A DNA stretch of 64,000 nt from Gammaproteobacteria bacterium (GTDB taxonomy: Bacteria; Pseudomonadota; Gammaproteobacteria; G965209235), in contig OZ242382.1 in the NCBI GenBank assembly GCA_965209235.1, forward strand, positions 1,058,957-1,122,956. Direction: 5' to 3'. The notes beneath the pieces were generated by a model that did not search any database, was not told the DNA's origin, and saw only the letters and a program-made list of their open reading frames with translations. A program made the position numbers and the translations under genes. Below, piece by piece: positions 1-10,196 of this stretch; positions within the stretch are counted from its first letter, which is position 1; each line of letters opens with the position of its first letter.

Positions 1-9
1 GTTACCGCG

Positions 10-732
10 ATGGTGAAACGCACGATTGGCGTGACGCGCGTGCTGAGTATTGATGAGTTTTACGTGGAAGACATCGCCTCCGCCATGGTGTTGTCGACGA
101 CGTTAGGAACATCGCTACGGTCAGGGTGTGCGCTAGTTTTCACATCGAATCAAGCGCCGACCGATTTGTACCGAGGCGGTCTCAACCGTCATCGTTTTCT
201 CCCCGCCATTCAGTCGATTTTGGATCACTGCGATGTGTTGCAGATGGACGGAGATCTCGATCACCGCCGCGTCGACCGAGAGAGCGGACACCGAGTTGCG
301 GTCGGAGGTGAAGCGTATGGGATGGCTGTCGATGATTTGTGGACATCGCTGGGTGGCTCGCTGGATGCCTCGTCCGGTGGGCTGTCTCTTGGGCGCGTCA
401 ATCTGCGCTGCAGCCGGCATGACACCGCACGGGCTGCCATCTCCTTTGCGGAGTTGTGTGAGCGGCCTTTGGGGTCTGGGGATTACCGCAAACTTGTGGA
501 GAACGTACAAGGATTGCTGTGCGTCGGCGTACCCGTTTTATCCGATGATGGATCAGCGCGCCGCTTTATCTCACTCGTCGATGAGCTGTATGAACGCCGC
601 GTGCCGGTGGCTCTCCATGCGGCCGTGGCTCCCGATCAGCTCTATCCGAGTGGCATTCTCAGCGGTATCTTTGCTCGTTCAGCCAGTCGTCTTGCGGAAC
701 TCACGCACATGCCTGTAACAGCGACGGGTTAG
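10..732 (+). CDS. zapE: AFG1/ZapE-family ATPase, 3' part (gene probably starts upstream of the window)
   Basis: Walker B 'VLSIDEFYVEDIASAMVL' and 'TSNQAPTDLYRGGLNRHRFLPAI' match ZapE; no Walker A is visible, so the gene is 5'-truncated. Confidence 0.8.
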   Translation: MVKRTIGVTRVLSIDEFYVEDIASAMVLSTTLGTSLRSGCALVFTSNQAPTDLYRGGLNRHRFLPAIQSILDHCDVLQMDGDLDHRRVDRESGHRVAVGGEAYGMAVDDLWTSLGGSLDASSGGLSLGRVNLRCSRHDTARAAISFAELCERPLGSGDYRKLVENVQGLLCVGVPVLSDDGSARRFISLVDELYERRVPVALHAAVAPDQLYPSGILSGIFARSASRLAELTHMPVTATG

Positions 733-1679
733 CGAATCTCGTCGTCTGGCCAGTTCACGGCGACGGCGCGCCTGAGTTCGTCGGGAATTGGCGAGTACAC
801 GTCCATCTGAGCTTGGGTACGTGGATGAGGGAAAGACAAGCGGTAAGCGTGCAACGCCGGGGATGTGAGCGCGCGCATGCGGTCTCCGCCATAGAACGTG
901 TCACCAATGATGGGATGGCCGATATGGGAGAGATGGACCCTGATTTGATGCGTTCGCCCTGTTTCAATCGATACATCCAGCACGCTCGCTGATGGCCGGG
1001 TCATGCGCTGCGTCACCCGAAAACGGGTCTTTGCGGGTCGTCCCGCAGGGTTCACGACCGTGCGGCCCGAGGTATCGGTGAGCCGCAGCAGCGGCTCGTC
1101 AATCACGCCTTGAGACTGCGGCAGTGAGCCGTGGGCGAGCGCCATGTATCGGCGTCCGACTTTGCGTTCACGAATCAGGGCGTGTAGCGCCCGCACCATG
1201 CTCGGTTTTTTGCCGACCAGCAGACATCCACTGGTGTCGCGATCGAGACGGTGCGCCAACTCGAATCGTTCCTGCCCCGGCGTGGCACGAATGCGCTCAA
1301 TGAGACCCGCGCGGACGCCGCTGCCCGCATGCACGGATAGCCCGCTGGGTTTATCAATGACCAGCACGTCATCATCTTCGTAGAGCGCGCGGGCGCTGAG
1401 CGGCGGTGGAGGTGCTTGGGGTTCAACGGTCGGTTCATGCATGGGGGGGAGCCGGACACGATCGCCTTCAGCGAGACGAGTTGACAGTTTGGCCCGGCAG
1501 CCATTGATGCGAATCTGTCCTGTGCGCAGCCACTTGGAGAGCAGCGATCTGGGAACGGTTGGGACGTGCATGTGCACGAAATTTCCAAGGGAGCGGGTGG
1601 CATGCTCACTGTCAACCGTGAAGTACCGAACCGGATACGACGTGGGAGGTTGCGACATTTCCAAAGACATTGCCTTCAT
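729..1679 (-). CDS. rluC: 23S rRNA pseudouridine synthase, RluC/RluA family with S4 domain
   Basis: S4-like 'KWLRTGQIRING', catalytic 'HRLDRDTSG', and 'TGRTHQIRVH'. The ORF opens at 1883, but the likely start is 1679 or 1658. Confidence 0.85.
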   Translation of the reverse strand: MKAMSLEMSQPPTSYPVRYFTVDSEHATRSLGNFVHMHVPTVPRSLLSKWLRTGQIRINGCRAKLSTRLAEGDRVRLPPMHEPTVEPQAPPPPLSARALYEDDDVLVIDKPSGLSVHAGSGVRAGLIERIRATPGQERFELAHRLDRDTSGCLLVGKKPSMVRALHALIRERKVGRRYMALAHGSLPQSQGVIDEPLLRLTDTSGRTVVNPAGRPAKTRFRVTQRMTRPSASVLDVSIETGRTHQIRVHLSHIGHPIIGDTFYGGDRMRALTSPALHAYRLSFPHPRTQAQMDVYSPIPDELRRAVAVNWPDDEIR

Positions 1680-1706
1680 AATCCAGTATCTCTGACGAGC
1701 AAGATT

Positions 1707-3065
1707 GTGAAGTATTCCGCGGCCCAAGCCGAGCAAGATGCGCTCGCGCATCTCAAACACCACCGATCCATCATCACCGAGCGTTGGTGCACAGCCATGC
1801 GCGCGGCGGACGTCAAACGTGTTGCGATTATCTCGGGTGAGCTCGCTCACAGGCCTGGCGATGATGTGGGATTGCCGCACCATGCCAACCCGTGGTTCTG
1901 CCAGTTTGTTCCGGTCTCTGACGCACGGTCAGCCGCCATCATCCTGGATCAAGAGGGTCAGGTTCAGTTGGTGTGGCTAGCGCTATCGGATCACTGGCAT
2001 GCGCCCAGACATCCCACGGGGGATGAACCTTGGATGCAAGACCTCACGTACGTTCCGATCGACAACGCCGCGCGCTTTGAGTCAACGATCGCCGATTGCG
2101 ATTTGGTCGTTGATGCGACGTGGGCGTATGCCGAGTCGAGCCTCAAGGATCAGATGAATCCGATGGAGGCGCAGCTCACGTTTTCCCGTGCCATCAAAAC
2201 GCCGTATGAGATTGCCGCGACTTATGCCGCCTGCGTCAAAGCATGGGATGGCCATCGCGCTGCTGTTTCGATCTGGGAAAAGGGCGGCAGTGAATTCCAA
2301 GCAATGTGCGCATTTGTAGAGGCCACTGGCCAAGAAGAGTCGTCGCTCCCGTATTGGCCGATCGTGGCCACTGGCACGAGGTGTGCGATTCTGCATGCCG
2401 ATATCCGAGGCCGCGGCAAGAGCGATCAACGGTCATTTTTGATTGATGCGGGTGCCTCGTCGTTGGGATATGTCAGTGACATTACCCGCACGCATGCCGA
2501 CCCTCACACCCCGGGCGGGGATGTCGTGGAGGCTGTGAAACGGGTGCATGCTGATGTGATGGAGCAGGTCACAGCGAAAGGAGACTTTGCCAGCCTGCAG
2601 TTGCGTGCTCTTCATTGCATCTCACAAGAAGCCGTCAATCTCGGCATGTGGAAAGGGTCAGCGGAAGACGCCTATCACGCCGGGTTTGCTGGAGCCCTCA
2701 TGCCCCATGGGTTAGGGCACTTACTGGGCTTATTGACACACGATGTCGGTGGTCACATGGCGGGGCCTGATGGCCGTTCCAAAGCGCCGCCGGTGGAAGC
2801 GCCGAAATTGCGAACCACGCGGGAGCTCAAGGTCGGCACGATGTTGACGGTTGAACCGGGGATCTACATCGTTCCGGCGCTACTGAAGAAGTTTGAGGAC
2901 GCGGAATACCGGGACCAAGTGAACTGGGATCGGGTGGCAGAAATCGCGCCTTACGGTGGTGCGCGGCATGAAGATGACGTGCTGGTGACTGAGGGCGCCG
3001 CCTGCAACATCTCGCGACTGGCTGAGCTGGGGGAGAAACTCCCTCGCACAGTTCTCGCGAGTTAA
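1707..3065 (+). CDS. pepQ: Xaa-Pro dipeptidase (prolidase, M24B)
   Basis: Metal-ligand motifs 'FLIDAG..GYVSDITRT', 'MPHGLGHLLGL.THDV', 'TVEPGIY', 'GGARHEDDV' are collinear with PepQ. A GTG start at 1707 was chosen from N-terminal length. Confidence 0.9.
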   Translation: MKYSAAQAEQDALAHLKHHRSIITERWCTAMRAADVKRVAIISGELAHRPGDDVGLPHHANPWFCQFVPVSDARSAAIILDQEGQVQLVWLALSDHWHAPRHPTGDEPWMQDLTYVPIDNAARFESTIADCDLVVDATWAYAESSLKDQMNPMEAQLTFSRAIKTPYEIAATYAACVKAWDGHRAAVSIWEKGGSEFQAMCAFVEATGQEESSLPYWPIVATGTRCAILHADIRGRGKSDQRSFLIDAGASSLGYVSDITRTHADPHTPGGDVVEAVKRVHADVMEQVTAKGDFASLQLRALHCISQEAVNLGMWKGSAEDAYHAGFAGALMPHGLGHLLGLLTHDVGGHMAGPDGRSKAPPVEAPKLRTTRELKVGTMLTVEPGIYIVPALLKKFEDAEYRDQVNWDRVAEIAPYGGARHEDDVLVTEGAACNISRLAELGEKLPRTVLAS

Positions 3066-3070
3066 GCGAT

Positions 3071-3104
3071 TCAAGGGAGCGGGTCAACTGACCGGCTCCC
3101 TTGA
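3071..3104. terminator. Hairpin between convergent pepQ and aldolase genes (likely bidirectional terminator)
   Basis: TCAAGGGAGC-G-GGTC-AACT-GACC-G-GCTCCCTTGA inverted repeat. Confidence 0.75.
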
Positions 3105-3109
3105 TCTTC

Positions 3110-3961
3110 TCAGTCTAAAACGTCAGGCTGTGACGCAAAGATCATGTCATACAGTGGCTGGATCGAGATCCATGCGCTGAGATCGCTCGCGATGTAGTCT
3201 TTGGTTTTCTTCGCGATTTCATCGGGAATGATCGTCGGCGTTCCGGCGGCTTCCGCCATCAACTGCGACTGGCAGCACTTCTCCATCGAGAGGAAGAACC
3301 AGCACGCGATATCAATATCGGATCCCGTGGTGAGCAGCCCGTGATTTTGAAGGATGGCAAACGACTTTTGGCCTAGCGTTTCGGCGATGCGGTCACCTTC
3401 GCTGGTTTCTGCCACAACCCCAGAGAACCCAGAAAACACGACTTGATCGTCAAAGAACGCGCAACTGTCTTGCGTGATCGGATCCAACGTGCGCCCCAGA
3501 GAACTGAATGTGCGACCGTACAGGGAGTGTGAGTGCGCAGCAGCCATCACATCCGGGCGCGCCATATGCAACCGCGAGTGGATCGCAAATGCGGCCCGGT
3601 TGACAGGGCGTGAGCCTTGCACGATGGTGCCATCGTGACCCACGAGCAAGAGGTCTGAGACCTGCATATGCCCGAAATAGACGCCGAGCGGATTGACCCA
3701 AAACATGTCAGGGAATTCGGGATCCCTGACGGTGATGTGTCCGGCAACACCTTCGTCATAGCCAAAGTGTGCAAAGAGACGAAACGACGCTGCTAGCCGC
3801 TCGAGGCGCCATCTTCGTTCCTGCGCGACATCATCAAATTCTGGACGCGAGAGTGTGCCTTTGACAGGCGTGGGATGCCGGTGGGCGCGCAGATCAATCG
3901 AACCGGGAGCGGCAGTAATCGGAAGCGGCGCGTTGCCGATGGCAGCAGTAGTTTCCATCAT
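3110..3961 (-). CDS. Class II aldolase/adducin family protein
   Basis: 'GHITVRDPE', 'AAAHSHS' and 'QNHGLL' Zn-binding histidines. Confidence 0.9.
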   Translation of the reverse strand: MMETTAAIGNAPLPITAAPGSIDLRAHRHPTPVKGTLSRPEFDDVAQERRWRLERLAASFRLFAHFGYDEGVAGHITVRDPEFPDMFWVNPLGVYFGHMQVSDLLLVGHDGTIVQGSRPVNRAAFAIHSRLHMARPDVMAAAHSHSLYGRTFSSLGRTLDPITQDSCAFFDDQVVFSGFSGVVAETSEGDRIAETLGQKSFAILQNHGLLTTGSDIDIACWFFLSMEKCCQSQLMAEAAGTPTIIPDEIAKKTKDYIASDLSAWISIQPLYDMIFASQPDVLD

Positions 3962-4056
3962 GAAACCGAATGTCTGGTGTGACGCGATTGTAGGCGTCGC
4001 GGCCGCCGATAGAATGGCGGCGATGCACTTCGGTGTCGTTTGAGAAGGGGAGACGC

Positions 4057-5439
4057 ATGAGCAATCAGTACCGTACAGAGCGCGACAGCATGGGGGACGT
4101 GCAGGTCCCGAAAGATGCTGTTTGGGGCGCTCAAACGCAACGCGCGGTTGAGAATTTTCCGATCAGTGGGTGGATGTTGCCGCCTCGGTTTATCAGTGCA
4201 TTGGCGCACATCAAAGCGGCGGCAGCGGATGCCAATTGCCAGCTCGGACTATTGGACGAACCCCGTCGCGAAGCCATCGTGACGGCAGCCGATGCAGTCA
4301 GTCGCGGTGAGCATGACGCGCAGTTCCCGATCGATGTGTTTCAGACAGGATCGGGAACCAGTAGCAATATGAACGCCAATGAAGTGATTTCGCGTCTGGC
4401 ATCCACTGATGCCCTTTCGGTGCATCCCAATGACCACGTCAATATGTCGGCGTCGAGCAATGACACGATTCCAACGGCACTACACGTGTCTGCGGTCATG
4501 GAAAGCCGAGAAGCCTTGATGCCAGCGGTACAGGGACTATCGAACGCCATTGGGCAAAAAGCCGAAGAACTCAAAGGCATCACGCTGACCGGACGCACGC
4601 ACCTAATGGATGCGATGCCTGTGTCGTTTGATCAAGTGCTCGGCGGCTGGAAAGCTCAAGTGGATCACTGGGCGAAAGCCATTGACCATGCGCTTGAGGA
4701 TGTCGCCAAGTTGGCACAAGGGGGCACCGCTGTCGGAACCGGAATCAATGCTGATCCGCGGTTTGGCGGTTTGGTCGCAGACATTCTGTCCAAGCGCACG
4801 GGACAGTCGTTCTCTCAGGCACCCAATCTCTTTCAATCACTATCTGGGCTTGATGCCATCATGTCGTTGTCGTCGGCCATTCGGGGTCTGTCAACCGCGC
4901 TGGTCAAGATCGCCAACGATCTTAGATGGCAAAACAGCGGACCGCTCGCGGGTATCGGTGATATCGAACTGCAAGCGCACCAACCCGGTAGCAGCATCAT
5001 GCCAGGGAAGGTCAATCCGGTGATTCCCGAAGCGACACTCATGGCCGCGGCGCAGATCGCAGGGCACGACACGGTGATCGCGACGGCGGCAGCCTCCGGT
5101 AACTTTCAGCTCAACGTGATGCTTCCGGTAACGGCCTGGAATATCCTGTGGCAAATCACGATCGCAACAGGCACCTGCAGCGCGCTCGCTACCAAGGCGA
5201 TTGCCACCTTCAAGCCGAGAACGGACAACATTAATCAAGCGCTCAGCCGCAACCCCATCCTGATTACAGCGCTCAACCGAGAAATTGGTTACGACAAAGC
5301 AGCATCCATCGCCAAAGCGGCCTACGCTTCTGGGCGCCCTGTCTTGGATGTGGCCAAAGAGAGCTGCGACATTTCAGAAGATCGTCTGAAGGAATTGCTT
5401 GATCCTGCGAGCCTGACAACCGGTGGGATCAAAGGTTGA
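4057..5439 (+). CDS. fumC: Fumarate hydratase class II
   Basis: 'RTERDSMG', 'QTGSGTSSNMNANEV' and the 'GSSIMPGKVNP' signature; ATG at 4057 follows an AAGGGGAG RBS. Confidence 0.95.
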   Translation: MSNQYRTERDSMGDVQVPKDAVWGAQTQRAVENFPISGWMLPPRFISALAHIKAAAADANCQLGLLDEPRREAIVTAADAVSRGEHDAQFPIDVFQTGSGTSSNMNANEVISRLASTDALSVHPNDHVNMSASSNDTIPTALHVSAVMESREALMPAVQGLSNAIGQKAEELKGITLTGRTHLMDAMPVSFDQVLGGWKAQVDHWAKAIDHALEDVAKLAQGGTAVGTGINADPRFGGLVADILSKRTGQSFSQAPNLFQSLSGLDAIMSLSSAIRGLSTALVKIANDLRWQNSGPLAGIGDIELQAHQPGSSIMPGKVNPVIPEATLMAAAQIAGHDTVIATAAASGNFQLNVMLPVTAWNILWQITIATGTCSALATKAIATFKPRTDNINQALSRNPILITALNREIGYDKAASIAKAAYASGRPVLDVAKESCDISEDRLKELLDPASLTTGGIKG

Positions 5440-5801
5440 GTGAGGATCTTCGCCGCGGCGTATGTGTGGCATGTCGGGGTGATGTGCCGCCGATCGTGGG
5501 AGAGGAACTGTTTCGCCGCATGGAGGATGTCCCCTTGTGGGACCTGCACCTTCAGGCCGACACCGTCCGACTGCGCCGGCAATTTGACTGCGCGGGCTGG
5601 GCGGGAGCCATGGCACTCGCGAGCCAGATATCAAAACTCGCCGAAAGTCAACACCATCATCCCGAGCTGACCGTTGGGTTTGGGTATGTGCAGTGTGACT
5701 GGTGGACGCATAAGATCGGCGGATTGCATCTCAATGATTTCATTTGCGCCGCGCAAACGGATGAAGTTGCGGGGAGTGACGGCGTCGCCGACTCGTCATG
5801 A
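5436..5801 (+). CDS. phhB: Pterin-4-alpha-carbinolamine dehydratase
   Basis: N-terminal 'CVACRG', 'HHHPEL' and 'WWTHKIGGLHLNDFICAA'; GTGA overlap with the fumC stop. Confidence 0.9.
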   Translation: MSEDLRRGVCVACRGDVPPIVGEELFRRMEDVPLWDLHLQADTVRLRRQFDCAGWAGAMALASQISKLAESQHHHPELTVGFGYVQCDWWTHKIGGLHLNDFICAAQTDEVAGSDGVADSS

Positions 5802-6445
5802 CAGCGGTGGTATTGCTGTCGGGCGGACTTGACTCATCGACGGTGTTGGCGCAGGCCAAGAAAGACGGGGTCTTGGCCGGTGCTCTGTGGGTTGGCTACG
5901 GTCAGCGACATGTGAAGGAGCGGCTGTGTGCGCGCTATCAAGCGAAGGAAGCGTCTGTCACGCTCGAAGAGGTTGAGATTGCCTCAACCGGGATGTTTGC
6001 TGGTAGTGCGCTGACTGATCAGGCGCGTGAGATGCCGGAAGGCGAGTATTCACAAGACAACCTCAAGCAGACGGTGGTACCCAATCGCAACATGGTGTTG
6101 CTATCGTGCGCCATCGCGTACGCCATCACCCAAAATGCCGATGAAGTGTGGTACGGTGCCCAAGCGGGTGATCGTGACACGTACCCTGATTGCCGGCCGG
6201 CTTTTGTTGAGGCCATGGACCGCGTGGCGCAGGTCTGTCACTTTTCACCGATCCGCGTCAAGGCGCCGCTTGGGGGCATGACCAAAGCGGACGTGGTGGA
6301 ACGAGCGATCGCACTCGGCGTGAATATGGCGCAGACGTGGACGTGCTACAGCGGCGGTGAGACTCCGTGCGGCACCTGCGGGAGCTGCGACGCGCGGCAA
6401 CACGCGTTTGCGACAGTTGGGGCGATGGATCCATTGCTCGCATGA
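5798..6445 (+). CDS. queC: 7-cyano-7-deazaguanine synthase
   Basis: PP-loop 'SGGLDS', 'VPNRN', 'YPDCR' and Zn site 'TWTCY...CGTCGSC'. Confidence 0.95.
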   Translation: MTAVVLLSGGLDSSTVLAQAKKDGVLAGALWVGYGQRHVKERLCARYQAKEASVTLEEVEIASTGMFAGSALTDQAREMPEGEYSQDNLKQTVVPNRNMVLLSCAIAYAITQNADEVWYGAQAGDRDTYPDCRPAFVEAMDRVAQVCHFSPIRVKAPLGGMTKADVVERAIALGVNMAQTWTCYSGGETPCGTCGSCDARQHAFATVGAMDPLLA

Positions 6446-7068
6446 GCTACGCCGTTAAAGAGATTCACTCCACGATTCAAGGAGAGGGATTTCACGCCGG
6501 ACGAGCCTGCGTGCTCCTGCGGTTTGCGGGGTGCAACTTGTGGTCTGGGCGCGAACAAGACCGCGCGAGCGCGGTGTGCCAGTTCTGTGATACCGACTTT
6601 GTCGGTATGGACGGTGAGTATGGCGGCCGGTACGACGCCCAAGCGTTAGCGCAACAGGCGGTGGATCTGTATCCCGGCGGCGGTGCTCCCTATGTGGTGC
6701 TCACCGGAGGTGAACCGCTGCTTCAAGTGGATCAGCCTTTGATTGAAGCCTTTCATCGCAAGGGCTGTGAGGTCGCCGTCGAAAGCAACGGGACGATCGA
6801 AGCGCCCTCAGGCCTTGACTGGATTTGCATTAGCCCAAAAGCGGGGGCCGAGCTGACGCAGACGACGGGCGACGAACTGAAGTTGGTCTACCCGCAGACT
6901 GAGCTGATGCCGGAGCAATTGCCGTCACTTGAGTTTGATTATTGGTATCTGCAACCGATGGACGGACCGCAACTGAGAAGCAATATGCAGGCCGCTGCTG
7001 AGTACTGCCGGCAACACCCCAAGTGGAAGCTATCCATCCAACTTCATAAGGTTGTCGGTCTGAAATGA
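6442..7068 (+). CDS. queE: 7-carboxy-7-deazaguanine synthase (radical SAM, CX14CX2C type)
   Basis: 'STIQGEG', 'RFAGCNLWSGREQDRASAVCQFCDTDF', 'LTGGEP'; ATGA overlap with queC. Confidence 0.95.
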   Translation: MSYAVKEIHSTIQGEGFHAGRACVLLRFAGCNLWSGREQDRASAVCQFCDTDFVGMDGEYGGRYDAQALAQQAVDLYPGGGAPYVVLTGGEPLLQVDQPLIEAFHRKGCEVAVESNGTIEAPSGLDWICISPKAGAELTQTTGDELKLVYPQTELMPEQLPSLEFDYWYLQPMDGPQLRSNMQAAAEYCRQHPKWKLSIQLHKVVGLK

Positions 7069-7112
7069 GCGTCATTTCCTAGAATGTCCGCCCTGCCAAT
7101 TGAATCGACTGA

Positions 7113-8087
7113 ATGAACGCGGAACAAGCGCGCGCGAAATACGAGAAATTCCCGCTTATCACGGAGCAACCATCTTGGTTTCGCGAGATTGTGGGGATGC
7201 CGATGATCGAGGGAGCCGTCAACGTGGACGGTTCACGGGTGCACTATCTGGAATTCGGAGATCGCAGCAAGCCGTCGATGGTCTTGGTGCACGGCAACGG
7301 CGCGCATGCTTGGTGGTTTCTGCCAATGGGACAGATGTTGGCCAAGGACTGGCACGTCGTGGCCATCACACTCACCGGTATGGGCGACAGCGATTGGCGG
7401 CCCCAATATACGCGTGAGACACTGGCCGACGATGTGATTGGCGTGATCGACCACCTTGGGCTGGACAAACCCATGCTTGTCGGCCACAGCTTCGGCGGCT
7501 TGATCACGTTGGCAGCAGCGGGCAAGATCTCGCACCGCCTCGCCGGGTTGATCTTGATGGACTTTGTAGTGCGTACTCCGGAACACCACGTCGAGTGGTT
7601 TGCGGATCGCACCAAAAACCAGCCGCGCCGGATCTACCCATCTTTTGAGGCGGCTCTCGGACGTTTCCGGTTGCTCCCCGAGCAGGTGTGTGCTAACGCG
7701 TTTTTCCTGCGATGGATTGCCGAGCGCAGTGTGTGCACCATTCCACAAGGATGGAGTTGGAAGTTTGATCCAACGATCTACGACAACATGCGCGTGGGCA
7801 CCGATTTACCCGAGACACTCAACGGGCTGCAATGTCCGCTGGGATGCGTATTCGGTGAAGACACGCTTGAGTTTGAGCGATCCTCCCTGACGGATATGGT
7901 GCGGCTATCGCCCAAGGGGACACCGTTCGTGAAGGTCACGGATGCCCAGCATCACCTGATGTTGGATCAGCCTCATAAGACCACGGAGGTGGTGTCCACA
8001 ATGGCGACGCAGTTAACGGCAGTCTCATCCTCCGATGTTCTGACTGGCGTTGTGAACGCTAGTCAATCAGCCACCGTCTCTCCGTAA
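7113..8087 (+). CDS. Alpha/beta fold hydrolase
   Basis: 'LVHGNGAH' oxyanion motif, 'GHSFGG' nucleophile elbow and 'HHLMLDQP' catalytic His. Confidence 0.9.
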   Translation: MNAEQARAKYEKFPLITEQPSWFREIVGMPMIEGAVNVDGSRVHYLEFGDRSKPSMVLVHGNGAHAWWFLPMGQMLAKDWHVVAITLTGMGDSDWRPQYTRETLADDVIGVIDHLGLDKPMLVGHSFGGLITLAAAGKISHRLAGLILMDFVVRTPEHHVEWFADRTKNQPRRIYPSFEAALGRFRLLPEQVCANAFFLRWIAERSVCTIPQGWSWKFDPTIYDNMRVGTDLPETLNGLQCPLGCVFGEDTLEFERSSLTDMVRLSPKGTPFVKVTDAQHHLMLDQPHKTTEVVSTMATQLTAVSSSDVLTGVVNASQSATVSP

Positions 8088-8165
8088 GTCTTGTGGGTTA
8101 GGCGGGTGCCGGCCACAACCCCAGATACCCTGATCTCTCAACAACCCCTTATTTGAAGATAGGCG

Positions 8166-10025
8166 ATGGGGAGTTTGCAGTACCGCTCGGAAGTTGATGG
8201 ACTGAGAGCAGTCGCCGTTCTGCCGGTGATCTTCTTCCATGGAGGGTATGCGTGGTTTTCAGGCGGTTTCGTTGGGGTTGACGTGTTCTTTGTGATCAGT
8301 GGGTATCTGATCACGACCATCATCGTTCACGAACTTGATAAGGGGACGTTCAGCCTTCTGAACTTCTACGAACGTCGCGCGCGACGGATTTTGCCAGCGC
8401 TGTTCTTGATCATGGCGGTGTGCGTGCCATTTGGCTGGTTTTGGCTAGCACCCACCGATTTGCGAGACTTTGGGCAGAGCCTTGTCGCTGTCTCGACCTT
8501 CTCCTCCAACGTCTTGTTCTGGCATGAGAGCGATTATTTCGCTACCGATATCGATCTTAAGCCTCTCCTGCACACATGGAGTCTAGCAGTCGAAGAGCAG
8601 TATTACGTTCTTTTCCCGCTGTTCCTGGTCCTCACCTGGCGAATGGGCTTCACCCGGATCGCTGCCGCGCTATTGGCCGTCTTCATGGTTAGCTTGGCAC
8701 TCGCGCAATGGGGTGCGCATTACGCGCCGACTGCGAATTTCTATTTGTTGCCCACACGAGGATGGGAACTCCTGTTGGGTGTCTTGACGGCGCTCTTTCT
8801 CAGGCGTTCAGGTTTCATCCAGTCACGAGGGGTCAATCAATTGATGAGCCTCCTCGGGCTCGGCATGATCGTTTATGCGATCGCGGTTTTTGATTCAGAG
8901 ACTCTCACACCGGGACTTGTTGGGCTGCTGCCGACCGTCGGCACCGTGTTCATCATTCTGGGCGCGAGACCAGGAACCGTAGTGCATGCGCTGCTGTCGT
9001 TCAGACCGATGGTCGGAATCGGACTGATTTCGTACAGCGCCTATTTGTGGCATCAGCCTGTTCTCGCGTTTGCACGCTATCGCTCGTTGGAAGAGATTGG
9101 CGCCGGCGCGACACTTGGGTTAGTGATCCTGCCACTGGTGCTTGCCTACGGCAGCTGGCGGTGGATCGAAAAGCCATTTCGTAATCGCGAGAAAGTCAGC
9201 CGCCGCACCGTGGGCCTGAGTGCGGGGGCCGGGACACTGGCCTTCGTGCTGATTGGAGCAGCGTTGCATTTCACCGATGGTGGTCTCGCGCGGTTTGGCG
9301 AAGACGAACAGAGAGTGTTGACGTCGTTTTCCGATCTGAGTGAGGTGATCCCAGGAAAGATGCGTGACATTCGCTTGAGAGATTTCGACTCTGAGAGCGA
9401 CAGAAAGGTTTTACTGATCGGCGACAGCTTCGCTCAGGATATCGCGAATGTCATCTTTGCATCGCCGTTGATCAATGACATCTCTCTCTCAGGGTTTTAC
9501 CTTCACCAGCAATGTGGTGTGGTGATGAGCCGACTAGAAGATCAACCATTCACAGCCCCGATGTGTCGAGATCGCGCACACTCCTTTAACACTCCTAAGC
9601 TACTGGCGTTGATGGAGGAAGCCGACGAGGTTTGGCTGGCGTCAAGTTGGCGGATGTGGAAGGTGCCGCTCCTTCTAGACGCGATTGAACACTTCAAGAC
9701 GCAGGGTGCTGAGGTTGTCGTTTTTGGCAGAAAGAGCTTTGGGTACGTGACTGAAAGGGACTTTATGGACGGGGGCAAACGCGAGTGGACAAAACCCCGA
9801 GAGCTGCAACAGTTTCACATCGAGGTGAATGACGCGATGAAAGAGATCATCCCGCCCCATGCACGTTTTGTGGACGTCAGTCTGGCGGCATGTGGCGGTG
9901 TCACTCATTGCGTGAACTCCGATGGCTTCAATGTGTACTCTCACGACGGATGGCACCTGACGCCATACGGTGTGACGTACATGGCTGAGAAGCTGTTCCC
10001 AAGAGGCGAAGCAGACGCACGGTAG
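8166..10025 (+). CDS. OafA/YrhL-type O-acyltransferase (AT3 membrane domain + SGNH domain), copy 1
   Basis: 'DGLRAVAV..V.FFH', 'GFVGVDVFFVISGYLIT', 'HTWSLAVEEQYY'; SGNH motifs 'GDSFA' and 'DGWH'. Confidence 0.92.
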   Translation: MGSLQYRSEVDGLRAVAVLPVIFFHGGYAWFSGGFVGVDVFFVISGYLITTIIVHELDKGTFSLLNFYERRARRILPALFLIMAVCVPFGWFWLAPTDLRDFGQSLVAVSTFSSNVLFWHESDYFATDIDLKPLLHTWSLAVEEQYYVLFPLFLVLTWRMGFTRIAAALLAVFMVSLALAQWGAHYAPTANFYLLPTRGWELLLGVLTALFLRRSGFIQSRGVNQLMSLLGLGMIVYAIAVFDSETLTPGLVGLLPTVGTVFIILGARPGTVVHALLSFRPMVGIGLISYSAYLWHQPVLAFARYRSLEEIGAGATLGLVILPLVLAYGSWRWIEKPFRNREKVSRRTVGLSAGAGTLAFVLIGAALHFTDGGLARFGEDEQRVLTSFSDLSEVIPGKMRDIRLRDFDSESDRKVLLIGDSFAQDIANVIFASPLINDISLSGFYLHQQCGVVMSRLEDQPFTAPMCRDRAHSFNTPKLLALMEEADEVWLASSWRMWKVPLLLDAIEHFKTQGAEVVVFGRKSFGYVTERDFMDGGKREWTKPRELQQFHIEVNDAMKEIIPPHARFVDVSLAACGGVTHCVNSDGFNVYSHDGWHLTPYGVTYMAEKLFPRGEADAR

Positions 10026-10033
10026 ATTCCGTT

Positions 10034-10060
10034 TGTCAGCACTCGAACAGAGTGTTGACA
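10034..10060. terminator. Hairpin between convergent acyltransferase and MFS genes
   Basis: TGTCAGCACTC-GAACA-GAGTGTTGACA, an 11-bp stem with one G:U pair. Confidence 0.55.
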
Positions 10061-10196
10061 CAGGCGTTCTGATCGGAGTCCGAAACGCCATTTAGCATGA
10101 ACTGGTTGTCGCCTGTATCGCTCGTTCGCTTACGGTGCTGTCGCTGCGGTGCGTCTTGCAGGCAGTTGGTCGGTTTTGCCGCGCTTGACGCGCCGC

